Shown: positions 25,616 through 35,065, counted from the first letter of the stretch. The stretch is 64,000 nucleotides of DNA from Bacteroidales bacterium (GCA_045617885.1 JAZLJN010000059.1:5042-69041); one strand, 5' to 3'. A program made the numbers and translations. Notes: generated by a model from the sequence alone, not told the origin.

Positions 25616-27175
25616 ATGAAAAAGTCTCTTCTCCTTCTCTCTTTGGCGCTTCTGGTGCTTGCTTCGTGTGGTGGAGGCAGTGATGATCCGATCATCAATC
25701 CGAATCCCAATCCCGTCAATCCGAATCCAGACAACGGCGGCAATGATAATCCCGGTGGCAACACAGGAAACACTACGCAGTCGGCATATAATGAGCTTTA
25801 CCGTCCACAGATTCACTATACACCTGCCAGGAACTGGGTCAATGATCCGAACGGCATGGTCTATGTGGACGGCACCTGGCATCTCTTCTACCAGTACAAT
25901 CCTTATGGCAATGACTGGGGAAATATGAGCTGGGGACATGCTACGAGTACTGACCTCATCCACTGGAAAGAACAGAATGTGGCACTGATGCGTGATGATC
26001 TGGGAGACATCTTCTCCGGTTCATGCGTCGTGGATCACAACAATACAGCAGGATTTGGCGCCGGCGCCGTCGTGGCTTTCTATACCAGTGCTGGTGAACG
26101 TCAGCAGCAGAGTATGGCATATAGTACTGACGGCTGCAAGTCATTCACCAAATACAGCGGCAACCCCATCATCCCGAACACCTCACTTCCTGACTTCCGT
26201 GACCCGAAAGTCTTCTGGCATGAAGCTACGCAGCAATGGGTAATGACGCTGGCTTTAGGCTGGGACTGCGGCATAGATATCTGGACAAGCCGCGACCTGC
26301 ACAGCTGGAAGAAGGAATCCACCTTCCGCACCGAGGTGAACCGCTGTCATAACTGTCAGTGGGAGTGTCCCGACCTCATCGAACTGCCTTATGAAGGCGG
26401 CACGAAATGGGTGCTTATCGTCAATGTCAATCCTGGCGGTCCTACCAACGGTTCGGGCATCATGTGCTTTGTAGGTGACTTTGATGGCAAGGAGTTCAAG
26501 GCTGATGATCTCAACTATCCGATGTGGATGGATACTGGTATGGACAATTATGCCGGTGTTACCTGGAGCAATGCCCCTGCTGACCGCAAGATTCTCATCG
26601 GCTGGATGAACAACTGGGCTTACTGCGGTGGTGTGCCCTGTTCGCCTTGGCGTTCGGCTTTCACCCTGCCTCGTGAACTGTCTCTGGTCAATGTAGATGG
26701 CAAGCCATTCATTGCCAGCAAGGTTGTAAGTGAGATTGACAAGATTGCAGGCAGCTGGCAGGAGAGCAGCAATTCCACACTCCTTATTCCAAATTCCTCT
26801 CTCTCTGCCTATCATGCTCAGGTTACCATCCCTACTACCGAAATGGTAACATTTACGCTTAGCAATGAGAAGGGCGAAAAGCTTGAGCTCACCACCAACA
26901 CCATCTACCACACCCTTTCGGCAAAACGCACCTCTGCCACAGGTGAGTCGCCTGCCTCTTTCTCTTACCCTTCGGTTAGCGGCAAGCTCATGGGCAATGA
27001 CGCGACCATCACGCTCGATATCTACGTAGATCAGTCATCCGTAGAGATCCTCTCTGCTGACGGCACCTTCGTGATGACCAACCTGGTGTTCCCTTCCTCT
27101 ATCTACAACCAGATCACCGTTCCTGCTTCAGCCACAGGACTTAAGTACAGGACACTTAACAGTATTTGGAACTAA
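25616..27175 (+). CDS. GH32 beta-fructosidase/fructanase lipoprotein with a Pro/Asn/Gly-rich tether
   Basis: Start MKKSLLLLSLALLVLASCGG. Linker PIINPNPNPVNPNPDNGGNDNPGGNTGN. Canonical GH32 blocks are WVNDPNG, WHLFYQYNPYG, WGHATS, FSGS, FRDPKVFW and WECPDL. Confidence 0.95.
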   Translation: MKKSLLLLSLALLVLASCGGGSDDPIINPNPNPVNPNPDNGGNDNPGGNTGNTTQSAYNELYRPQIHYTPARNWVNDPNGMVYVDGTWHLFYQYNPYGNDWGNMSWGHATSTDLIHWKEQNVALMRDDLGDIFSGSCVVDHNNTAGFGAGAVVAFYTSAGERQQQSMAYSTDGCKSFTKYSGNPIIPNTSLPDFRDPKVFWHEATQQWVMTLALGWDCGIDIWTSRDLHSWKKESTFRTEVNRCHNCQWECPDLIELPYEGGTKWVLIVNVNPGGPTNGSGIMCFVGDFDGKEFKADDLNYPMWMDTGMDNYAGVTWSNAPADRKILIGWMNNWAYCGGVPCSPWRSAFTLPRELSLVNVDGKPFIASKVVSEIDKIAGSWQESSNSTLLIPNSSLSAYHAQVTIPTTEMVTFTLSNEKGEKLELTTNTIYHTLSAKRTSATGESPASFSYPSVSGKLMGNDATITLDIYVDQSSVEILSADGTFVMTNLVFPSSIYNQITVPASATGLKYRTLNSIWN

Positions 27176-27251
27176 AAAGAATACGTCCTGGCAGGACTTA
27201 TCTCACTACATACGGAGTAGTGCCAAAAGTTGACATCAACTCCGAAACATC

Positions 27252-27314
27252 AAATATCAAGCATCACCACCCCTCTACAATGGTCTGTAGCGCAGGTGGT
27301 GATACTTGATATTT
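27252..27314. terminator. Long inverted repeat between the convergent GH32 and trkH genes (bidirectional terminator candidate)
   Basis: aaatatcaagcatcaccac (27252-27270) pairs with ggtggtgatacttgatattt (27295-27314), with a 24-nt loop. Confidence 0.6.
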
Positions 27315-27346
27315 GTTATTTGATATTTAGCTATGGCTTTTTATCA

Positions 27347-28867
27347 TCACTTCTGCCGCCAAAACACGCGAGTGAAAAGCACAATGACTGTGAATATCTC
27401 CAGACGGCCAATGAGCATTGTGGCGCTGAGCACCCATTTGCTCAATGCCGGGAGCTCTGCCCAGGTAAAGGCAGGACCCGTGGAACCCAGACCAGGGCCA
27501 CAGTTGCCGATGGCGGAGATGGTGGTGCCTAAAGCGGTATCCATATCGATGCCCTGCAGCATCATGATGACAATACACGCAAAGGCTACGAGGAAGAACA
27601 GCAGCACGAAGGCAAGGGTGCGCTGAAGGTACTCCAGTCGCAAGGGACGGTTGTCAAACATTACGGATTTATACACCCCCGGGATTACGGACTGCCGCAG
27701 GATTATCTTCATGTTCTTGATCATAATGACCAAGCGCAATATCTTGAATCCGCCTGCCGTTGAACCAGCACATCCACCACATGCCATGATGAAGAGCGTC
27801 GGGATCCAGAAGATCCTGCCCCACAGCTGATAGTCATAATACTCTGCCTGAAATCCGCAGGTGGAGATGATCGTGACGACATGAAACAGCGAGGTTCGCA
27901 GCGTGTCGGCAAACCCATGTGGCATAGCCTCCAGCTTGTCGGGTGTCAAGCCGCCACGCCACAACCGGAAATAATGCAGCAGGATGAAGGTGACCGTAAA
28001 TCCGATGACGATATAGACAAACCAGCGGAATTCTTCGCTCTCCCAGAACTGTCGCACCCGTCCCCGCTTCAGCAGATAGAACAATGTGAAGTTGATGCTG
28101 GCAATAAACAGGAAGAACGTACATACATACTCAATATAAGCCGAATGGAACCAGCCGATGCTTGCCTGATGCGTTGAGAAACCGCCTGTGGCAAGGGTTG
28201 TCATAGCATGACATACGCCATCAAACAATGACATGCCACCTGCCAGATAGCATAGGCAGCATACGGCGGTCAATCCGATATAAATGAACCACAGGTAACG
28301 GGAGGTGTCCTGTATTCTGGGGCGGAGCTTGTCTATCGTCATGCCGGTCACTTCGGCGCTGAACATCTGCACTTGTGCGGACTGTATCTTGGGCAAAAGA
28401 GCCAGTGAGAACACCACAATGCCCAGACCGCCTATCCACTGCGTCAGGCTTCGCCACAACAGGATTCCATGCGGCTGGGAATCAATATCCGTCAGTACGG
28501 TGCATCCTGTGGTGGTAAATCCGGACATCGTCTCAAGGAAGGCATCGCATAGCTGCGTGCATGTACCATTAAGCAGATAAGGGATCATGCCTATGAGAGA
28601 AAATACAATCCACATCACCGAGACAATCAGATAGCCCTCACGCTGAGTGACGCGCTCCATTCCCATCTGCTTACCGCGGGTCAGACTCCAGCCCAGCAGG
28701 GCACAACCCACCATCGGGATGGCGAGTGCTACAGCATCTTGCTCTCCCTCGCGCCACCAGTAGTAGCAAGCTACCAGGGTGGCAACAGCCATGAAGAACG
28801 ATTCCAGTAGCAGCAGCTTGCCACATGTATGCCGTATCAGCTGCCAGTTCAGTGAGTTTTTTTTCAT
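27347..28867 (-). CDS. trkH: TrkH family potassium uptake membrane protein
   Basis: A 506-aa polytopic membrane protein with TrkH/KtrB-type repeated M1-P-M2 segments (TTTGCTV, TLATGGFSTH, ISTCGFQ, AIGNCGPGLG). Confidence 0.85.
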   Translation of the reverse strand: MKKNSLNWQLIRHTCGKLLLLESFFMAVATLVACYYWWREGEQDAVALAIPMVGCALLGWSLTRGKQMGMERVTQREGYLIVSVMWIVFSLIGMIPYLLNGTCTQLCDAFLETMSGFTTTGCTVLTDIDSQPHGILLWRSLTQWIGGLGIVVFSLALLPKIQSAQVQMFSAEVTGMTIDKLRPRIQDTSRYLWFIYIGLTAVCCLCYLAGGMSLFDGVCHAMTTLATGGFSTHQASIGWFHSAYIEYVCTFFLFIASINFTLFYLLKRGRVRQFWESEEFRWFVYIVIGFTVTFILLHYFRLWRGGLTPDKLEAMPHGFADTLRTSLFHVVTIISTCGFQAEYYDYQLWGRIFWIPTLFIMACGGCAGSTAGGFKILRLVIMIKNMKIILRQSVIPGVYKSVMFDNRPLRLEYLQRTLAFVLLFFLVAFACIVIMMLQGIDMDTALGTTISAIGNCGPGLGSTGPAFTWAELPALSKWVLSATMLIGRLEIFTVIVLFTRVFWRQK

Positions 28868-29055
28868 CCAGTCTTTTTTACTATTGTCTTAAGTAACACG
28901 GAGCGAAGATAGACCTTTTCCCGTAATTCTGCAATTTTATTGTCGAAAAAAACATTAATCCACGCCTTTGCCCCCCTTTCCCATACCATTCTGGCAAATC
29001 CAGACACTACTTATCCCATTTATTCATTTGAGAAGTATCAAAACGACGCCAACGC

Positions 29056-29260
29056 TTCATGGCATGGATTTCACAACTTTTAAATGGGCGCCACACACCC
29101 TTGGCAGCCATTTATGAACTGTGAAATGGGCGCCAGCACCCTTGGCCGCCATTTATGAACCGTGAAATGGACGCCAGCACTCTTGGCTGCCATTTATGAA
29201 CTGTGAAATGAGCCCCAGCACTTCTTGGCACGGATTTGCAGATGTGGAAATAGATGCCTT
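29056..29260. repeat. Tandem array (about 5 units, 41-42 bp period) of hairpin units AAATGGGCGCCAgcacccTTGGCCGCCATTTatgaactgtg
   Basis: Unit starts (AAATG) are at 29082, 29124, 29165, 29206 and 29248. Each unit has an imperfect inverted repeat. It shares the word ATTTCACAACTnnnAAATGGrCGCCA with the repeat at 5828-6010. Confidence 0.85.
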
Positions 29261-29418
29261 CACTGTTAGTATGTATTTAAAGAAGCTCTGTGAAGGTTGT
29301 CTTCCTTGATGGCGGTGATGGAGAGCTGGATTAACCCCTTTCAGACCAATAAAATGAATAATCACCCCGAAAATAGCAGATTTATGGATTTGGATTTGGA
29401 TAAATCAGAAAAATGGAT

Positions 29419-29426
29419 TATTTTTG
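29419..29426 (+). promoter_or_regulatory. -7 box (TATTTTTG) for the HprK-like/S24/PqqD cassette
   Basis: TATTTTTGCGCG lies 52 nt upstream of the ATG at 29478. Confidence 0.45.
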
Positions 29427-29477
29427 CGCGTTTAAGATTCAGTTTGAACCATCAAGACATAATTCGGTACCGAACTC

Positions 29478-30383
29478 ATGACAGAATATCTTTACCTCAT
29501 AGCCGACTGGCAGGTACGGCTGAGATTTGCAAGTGACGATGATGTCACGGGCATGCATCTGCTGCCTTCTTTTGCCCCATTCAGCCTCCCGGCTGCAGAG
29601 GCGGATGAGGGAAACCAGCTCTTCATGATGACTATTGACCAACAGCTGCAGACAGACGCCGCTGAAGAACTTGAGCCAGTGAAGGTTTGTGATACGGGCA
29701 ATGGTGAGATTGCTGTGGCTCGACGCAAGAGGGGTGGATACCAGTTTGAGATACATGACCTGAAGGGCAATCTCTGCGCCCTGATGCTGGCAGATGCCGG
29801 CTTTACCAACTGCTACTGCCGCGTGATGGGAAGTTCGGCTACCAGTAACAGCTTCGGCCTCAACAACGCACTGATGATGGCATTCGCCTTTGCTGGAGCC
29901 ACACGTGAGACGCTCATGATACACGCCTCCCTGGTGCGACATAACGGGATAGGCTATGCTTTTGTGGCAAAAAGCGGCACCGGAAAAAGTACGCAGACCG
30001 CCAATTGGCTGAAGATGATTCCGGACTGCGACCTCATGAATGATGACAATCCGGTGGTACGCGTCACGGAGGATGACTGCCAGATATACGGAAGTCCGTG
30101 GAGCGGCAAGACGCCCTGCTACCGTCAGGTAAAAGCCCGACTGGGTGCCGTGACCCGTATAGTTCGGGATTCGGATAATCACGTGGTACGCACCGCTCCA
30201 CTGGCAGGATTCAGCGACCTGCTCTCCTCCTGCTCAGTGATGCCTTGGGACAAAGAGACCTACAGCGGCATTTGTGACTCTGTAACTGCCGTAATAGAAA
30301 AAACACCAACCTATCATCTGCATTGCACGGCAGAACCTGCCAGCGCCCTTGTTTGTTATGAAGCAATTGGATCTGTTAGCTGA
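29478..30383 (+). CDS. HPr kinase/phosphorylase C-terminal-domain-like P-loop protein (HprK-related kinase), function unknown
   Basis: HASLVRHNGIGYAFVAKSGTGKSTQTANWL matches the H-x-S/G...G-x-G-x-(L/F)-x-G-x-SG-x-GKS pattern of the HprK catalytic domain. GSPWSGK lies downstream. There is no signal peptide. Confidence 0.6.
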   Translation: MTEYLYLIADWQVRLRFASDDDVTGMHLLPSFAPFSLPAAEADEGNQLFMMTIDQQLQTDAAEELEPVKVCDTGNGEIAVARRKRGGYQFEIHDLKGNLCALMLADAGFTNCYCRVMGSSATSNSFGLNNALMMAFAFAGATRETLMIHASLVRHNGIGYAFVAKSGTGKSTQTANWLKMIPDCDLMNDDNPVVRVTEDDCQIYGSPWSGKTPCYRQVKARLGAVTRIVRDSDNHVVRTAPLAGFSDLLSSCSVMPWDKETYSGICDSVTAVIEKTPTYHLHCTAEPASALVCYEAIGSVS

Positions 30384-30822
30384 CTATCTGCGTCAGAATC
30401 ATGAGCAAACCGTGAGCCTGCAGGTGATCGGCAACAGCATGCGTCCCTATCTGGTGCATGAGCGCGACTCTGTACTGCTGCGCTACGCCGAAAAGGTGCA
30501 GGTGGGCGATGTGGTGCTGGCAGAGGTCAATCCGTCGCACTACGTACTGCACCGTGTAGTCAAACTGACCGAATCGGGTGAGATGACTATGCGTGGCGAC
30601 GGCAACCGCAGCACGGAGCAATGCCGAAGAGAGGATGTGCGAGGTGTGGTAGTAGGATTCATCCGTGGGAAAAACAAGAAGACTTCAACCACAGCGGACC
30701 TCGGCTATAGGATCTACGCCTGGTTCTGGATGCATACGCTGCCTCTGCGTGGTGTGATGCTCCGGCTGCATAATATTTGTTTCGGGTCATGCAAGGACCT
30801 CAGCAAGTACAGGAAAAATTGA
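30349..30822 (+). CDS. S24/S26 family serine peptidase (LexA/signal-peptidase fold, Ser-Lys dyad)
   Basis: VIGNSMRPYL (nucleophile Ser), VGDVVLAEV, LHRVVKL (general-base Lys) and MRGDGN. It overlaps the upstream gene by 35 nt (26 nt if the start is 30358). Confidence 0.7.
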   Translation: MFVMKQLDLLADYLRQNHEQTVSLQVIGNSMRPYLVHERDSVLLRYAEKVQVGDVVLAEVNPSHYVLHRVVKLTESGEMTMRGDGNRSTEQCRREDVRGVVVGFIRGKNKKTSTTADLGYRIYAWFWMHTLPLRGVMLRLHNICFGSCKDLSKYRKN

Positions 30823-30846
30823 TAATTGATAATTGATAATTGGATC
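30819..30846. repeat. 7-bp tandem repeat TTGATAA x3-4 beginning in the S24 peptidase stop codon
   Basis: The units are ttgataa, ttgataa, ttgataa and ttggatc. The same 7-mer occurs at 55675-55716. Confidence 0.85.
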
Positions 30847-30926
30847 TAAGTGTCGAACAGACAGCTATGGGTACGATATCAAATTTTGAACAGTCACTTA
30901 ACTTGTTATAAATATCATACAATACA

Positions 30927-31193
30927 ATGAAAAGAAACAGTAATATCGTGATGCGCACCGTGTGCGACGTACCCTTCCTGATAGCAGAGGGTGAGAGCAG
31001 TGTAGAGATGAACCGCCTGATAAGCCTGAATGAGACAGCAGCTTTCCTCTGGGAAGCAATGGGCGAAGGTGAATTCACAACGGAAGAACTTGTGACCCGG
31101 CTCACTGCCGAGTACGATGTATCTGCCGAGGAGGCGCAGCAGGCTGTGTCAGCGCTCATTGAAGACCTCAAGAAAGAGGGTGCCGTGGAATAA
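30927..31193 (+). CDS. PqqD family protein (RiPP recognition element-like peptide chaperone)
   Basis: An 88-aa protein with the pattern of small PqqD-like proteins: LNETAAFLWEAMGEGEFTTEELVTRLTAEYDVSAEEAQQAVSALIEDLKKEG. Confidence 0.7.
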   Translation: MKRNSNIVMRTVCDVPFLIAEGESSVEMNRLISLNETAAFLWEAMGEGEFTTEELVTRLTAEYDVSAEEAQQAVSALIEDLKKEGAVE

Positions 31194-31218
31194 TGAATAT
31201 AATTAGGAGATACCAACA

Positions 31219-32730
31219 ATGAAACAAATGAACAGAAACAACCTTAAGCTCATGAGTACCAGAAAGTGGACTCTCACGCTCTTATTTATGCTTTGTGCCC
31301 TGATGGTCAAGGCACAGTACAAGCAGGTGAATGACATCTCTTACGCAACGTCGGACAATCCTTATGCACAGGAGCGATGCAAGCTCGATGTGTACTACCC
31401 TACCGAGATAGAGGATGCTCCAGTAGTAGTATGGTTCCATGGCGGAGGCATCGAAGGCGGCAACAAGCACATTGACAATGAACTGAAGAACAGCGGTCTT
31501 GTAGTAGTGGCAGCCAACTACCGTCTGCTACCAAAGGCTACGATTGACGAGTGTCTGGACGATGCCGCAGCTGCCGTAGCATGGACCTTCAAGAACATTG
31601 AGAAATACAATGGCAGCAAGCGCAAGATCTTTGTGGCAGGCCATTCGGCTGGCGGCTATCTGCTGGACATGATCGGTCTGGAGAAAAAGTGGCTGGCAAA
31701 GTATGACATCGATGCCGACTCGATTGCAGCCCTGATTCCATTCAGCGGACAGTGCATCACACACTATAACGTACGTAAGCCTCAAGGCATCGGCCCACTG
31801 CAGGCAACCATCGACCAGTATGCTCCGCTCACCTTCATCCGCCCGGACGCTCCTCCGATGATTATCATTTCAGGTGACCGCGAACTGGAACTGTATGGTC
31901 GCTATGAGGAGCAGGCTTACTTCTGGCGTATGCTTAAGCTGGTGGGGCACAAAGATGTGACCCTCTACGAGATGCAGGGCTATGATCACGGACAGATGCC
32001 TCATCCTGCCTATCATATCCTGAAAGATCACATCCGCCGCCTGACCGCCAAGGCTGTCTCGGCGCTCCCTGCTCCGGTGATTAAGGTTGAACAGCAGGCG
32101 CAGTACAATTTCAGCTGGCAGAAGGCTTTTGCCAGACGTGGCGCTAAGGTGGAGAATCAGCAGGGAACAATGCCTGTGCTTAATCTGGGAGCCAACAACG
32201 GCTACTATGACCTCACTGCGGAGACCGGCGCTTTGATTAAGGGTCTGCGTGACTTTACCATCTCGGTCTATTTCAAGGTAGGATCAGAGAATAAGCTGGA
32301 TGGATACGGACACTTCCTCTTCGCCTTCTCAAAACTGGCAGAGAACAAAGCCGACGAAGGACCATACATGGCAATGCGACTCAACGAGCAGCGCTTTGAG
32401 ACTTCGACTGGCGGATGGGAACATGAAGAGATCGTAATGCAGGGCGGACAGCCAAAGCGTGACGTCTGGGTTCATGCCCTCTACCGTCAGCAGGGCAAGA
32501 CTGGAGAACTCTATCTGGACGGCAAGCTGATAGGCCGCAACAACAATATGCCTATCCTGTCAGAAATCTTTGACGAAGCTCCTGCCAACTGCTGGATCGG
32601 CCGCGCCCCATTCAATGGAGACAAATATCTCACTGACACCCAGGTGGCAGACTTCCGCATCTATAACTATGCTGTAAGCAACAAGGAACTGCAGCAGCTG
32701 AAGGCAGGCAAGGCTAACCTGCCAAAGTAA
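31219..32730 (+). CDS. Secreted alpha/beta-hydrolase (esterase/lipase type) fused to a C-terminal LamG/concanavalin-like domain
   Basis: Signal peptide ...LCALMVKAQ. Oxyanion VWFHGGG. Nucleophile elbow GHSAGG. Catalytic His candidate GYDHG. C-terminal LamG-like region: FTISVYFKV, GHFLFAFS, LYLDGKLIG, DFRIYNYAVS. Confidence 0.75.
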   Translation: MKQMNRNNLKLMSTRKWTLTLLFMLCALMVKAQYKQVNDISYATSDNPYAQERCKLDVYYPTEIEDAPVVVWFHGGGIEGGNKHIDNELKNSGLVVVAANYRLLPKATIDECLDDAAAAVAWTFKNIEKYNGSKRKIFVAGHSAGGYLLDMIGLEKKWLAKYDIDADSIAALIPFSGQCITHYNVRKPQGIGPLQATIDQYAPLTFIRPDAPPMIIISGDRELELYGRYEEQAYFWRMLKLVGHKDVTLYEMQGYDHGQMPHPAYHILKDHIRRLTAKAVSALPAPVIKVEQQAQYNFSWQKAFARRGAKVENQQGTMPVLNLGANNGYYDLTAETGALIKGLRDFTISVYFKVGSENKLDGYGHFLFAFSKLAENKADEGPYMAMRLNEQRFETSTGGWEHEEIVMQGGQPKRDVWVHALYRQQGKTGELYLDGKLIGRNNNMPILSEIFDEAPANCWIGRAPFNGDKYLTDTQVADFRIYNYAVSNKELQQLKAGKANLPK

Positions 32731-32757
32731 TTTGACCAGATGACAGAAAAAAGAAAC

Positions 32758-32786
32758 AGGTTCGGGGATATCACATCTCCGAACCT
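32758..32786. terminator. Bidirectional terminator hairpin between the esterase and fructokinase genes
   Basis: aggttcgg (32758-32765) pairs with ccgaacct (32779-32786), with A/T runs on both sides. Confidence 0.65.
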
Positions 32787-32843
32787 GCGCCTAAAAATAA
32801 ATACACGCTTGAGTCAAAACTCAATATTATTAACACAATGAAC

Positions 32844-33719
32844 CTAAGCCTTTAGAATCTCCTCAGGGAATACTGGCATTGCGCCATTCTGAGTGCAGAC
32901 GAAGGCCGATGCCTGAACTGCAATCTTATGTGACTCCTGAATGCTCTTGCCCTTCAAAATCTGTGCTACGAAAGTAGCGGTAAATGAGTCACCAGCACCT
33001 ACGGTATCAGCAACCTTTACCTTTGGAGTCTCAACGTATGAGGTCTCATCAGCAGTGAATACATAGCTACCTACAGCACCATAGGTCAAGATAACCATAC
33101 GGAGCGAGTCATAGCGCTTGATCAGCTCGCGGCAAACGTCAGCTGGCTCACCAGTAATCTGAAGCAATGCCTTAACTACTTCAATCTCCTCCTCGTTGAG
33201 CTTGAGGATAGTAGCACGACGAAGGCTCTCCTCAATAACCTCTACGCTGTAGAAGTGCTGACGGAGGTTGATGTCATAGATACGCTCAGTATCGGCATCC
33301 ATCGTACCAAGGAAACGCAAGATAGTGTTGCGCGACTCAGCTGAACGCTGTGCCAGTGAACCGAAGCAGACAGCCTTGGTGCGCTTAGCAAGTGCCTCAA
33401 GCTCTTCACTCCAAGGGATATTGTCCCAAGCCACGTTCTCACAGATCTCATAAGAAGGAATACCGTCACCTGACAGAGTAACCTGAACGGTACCTGTTGG
33501 GAATGGAACACGTACGATGCGGTGGTCAAGATTTACACCCTCGATACGCTCCAGAATCTCATCACCCAAAGCATCCTGTCCGATAGCACTTACCACTATG
33601 GTGTGCCAGCCAAACTGACCTACATGATATGCAAAGTTTGCTGGTGCACCACCTAACTTACGTCCCTCTGGGAGGCAATCCCAAAGTGCCTCGCCCATAC
33701 CTACGATAATATCTTTCAT
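32844..33719 (-). CDS. PfkB family carbohydrate kinase, probable fructokinase (BT1757-like position)
   Basis: GEALWDCLPEGRKLGGAPANFAYH and the C-terminal DTVGAGDSFTA motif. It is the last gene of a GH32, MFS, kinase operon. Confidence 0.85.
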   Translation of the reverse strand: MKDIIVGMGEALWDCLPEGRKLGGAPANFAYHVGQFGWHTIVVSAIGQDALGDEILERIEGVNLDHRIVRVPFPTGTVQVTLSGDGIPSYEICENVAWDNIPWSEELEALAKRTKAVCFGSLAQRSAESRNTILRFLGTMDADTERIYDINLRQHFYSVEVIEESLRRATILKLNEEEIEVVKALLQITGEPADVCRELIKRYDSLRMVILTYGAVGSYVFTADETSYVETPKVKVADTVGAGDSFTATFVAQILKGKSIQESHKIAVQASAFVCTQNGAMPVFPEEILKA

Positions 33720-33871
33720 AGTTGTTGTTTTTCTTATGTTTTTTACAGATAAAAATTCTTGTTTCGGGGATTAATGCTAACCCGTCTTTTGGGGAGCTGT
33801 CCGGAGTGCTATTATTAAAGCACCTCAACCGGACAGCCTATATAAAAAAGTTTGTGTGCGTTCTGATGAAC

Positions 33872-35032
33872 TTATTTCTTCACCTTTGCAGTCAGGAAGC
33901 AGAGGTAGAGAGCACCGATAGCCATTACGAGCACGGCGCCGAGCGTACCCATCGTATCGCTCATGAAGCCCATAGCAAGTGGGAAGAGAGTTCCGCCGAA
34001 GAGACCCATGATCATCAAGCCTGAAATCTCGTTCTGATGGTCAGGATCATGAAGCAATGCCTGGCTGAAGCAGATAGAGAAGACATTTGAGTTACCGTAA
34101 CCTACGAGTGCGATACCTACATAAAGCAGAGCCTGTGAAGCACCTACTGAAAGGCAGATCATAGAAGCAACGATCATAGCTGCAGAAATGCCGAGGAAAG
34201 CCTTGCTCGAAATCTTGGCAAGAATACCAGAACCGGTGAAGCAGCCAATGGTACGGAAGATGAAATAGAGAGAGGTGGCAAATGCAGCCTCGTCAAGAGA
34301 CCAGCCAAGACGCTCAATCAGGATCTTTGGAGCATAGGTGTTAGTACCTACGTCAATACCTACGTGGCACATAATGCCGAGGAAGCAGAGCAGGATGTAT
34401 GGCTTGCCAAGCAGCGCAAAGCACTGTCCAATGGTAGAAGCCTTCTTGTTGGTATCAATTTCCTCCTTGATAGAGGTCACGCCAAGGGCAACAATGGCCA
34501 GAATGCCGATGATGGCATAGATTGGGAAGAGGACACGCCAGTCAAGACCAAAGGATGGAATGGCTGCGGTAGCACCCCACATGGCAATGTATGGAGCCAG
34601 GAACGAAGCGATAGCCTTAACGAACTGACCGAAAGTAAGGGTAGATGCCAAGCTGTCACCACCTACGATGGTTGCTACCAAAGGATTGAGCGAAGTCTGC
34701 ATCAGCGCATTACCAATACCCAACAGAGAGAATGCAGTAAGCATCAGGGCATAGCTATTGCCAAAAAGCGGGAGCAGCAGAGAAACTACGGTAACGAGGA
34801 TAGAGAGAAGCACGGTCTTCTTACGTCCGATTTTGTTCATCAGCATTCCTGTAGGAACAGAGAAGATCAGGAACCAGAAGAATACCAGCGAAGGCATGAT
34901 ACCTGCCTGACCATCTGTCAGACCGAGATCCTTCTGCACATAGTTGGAGGCGATGCCTACCAAATCTACGAAGCCCATTGAGAAGAAGCAGAGCATGACG
35001 GGCAGCAGCACTGCTATACTTGTCTTTTTCAT
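33872..35032 (-). CDS. MFS sugar transporter (FucP/glucose-galactose type; probable fructose importer, BT1758-like position)
   Basis: A 386-aa protein with 12 predicted TM segments. N-terminal FFSMGFVDLVGIASNYV is typical of the FucP subfamily. Confidence 0.85.
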   Translation of the reverse strand: MKKTSIAVLLPVMLCFFSMGFVDLVGIASNYVQKDLGLTDGQAGIMPSLVFFWFLIFSVPTGMLMNKIGRKKTVLLSILVTVVSLLLPLFGNSYALMLTAFSLLGIGNALMQTSLNPLVATIVGGDSLASTLTFGQFVKAIASFLAPYIAMWGATAAIPSFGLDWRVLFPIYAIIGILAIVALGVTSIKEEIDTNKKASTIGQCFALLGKPYILLCFLGIMCHVGIDVGTNTYAPKILIERLGWSLDEAAFATSLYFIFRTIGCFTGSGILAKISSKAFLGISAAMIVASMICLSVGASQALLYVGIALVGYGNSNVFSICFSQALLHDPDHQNEISGLMIMGLFGGTLFPLAMGFMSDTMGTLGAVLVMAIGALYLCFLTAKVKK

Positions 35033-35065
35033 ATTATTAAAAAAAGTGGTTAAAGGAAGAACTGC

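Noticed and set aside
29297-29536. 79-aa plus-strand ORF as a candidate precursor peptide for the PqqD cassette
   Set aside because: It runs through the predicted promoter box (29419-29426) and into the HprK-like gene in another frame. Nothing about it resembles a precursor.
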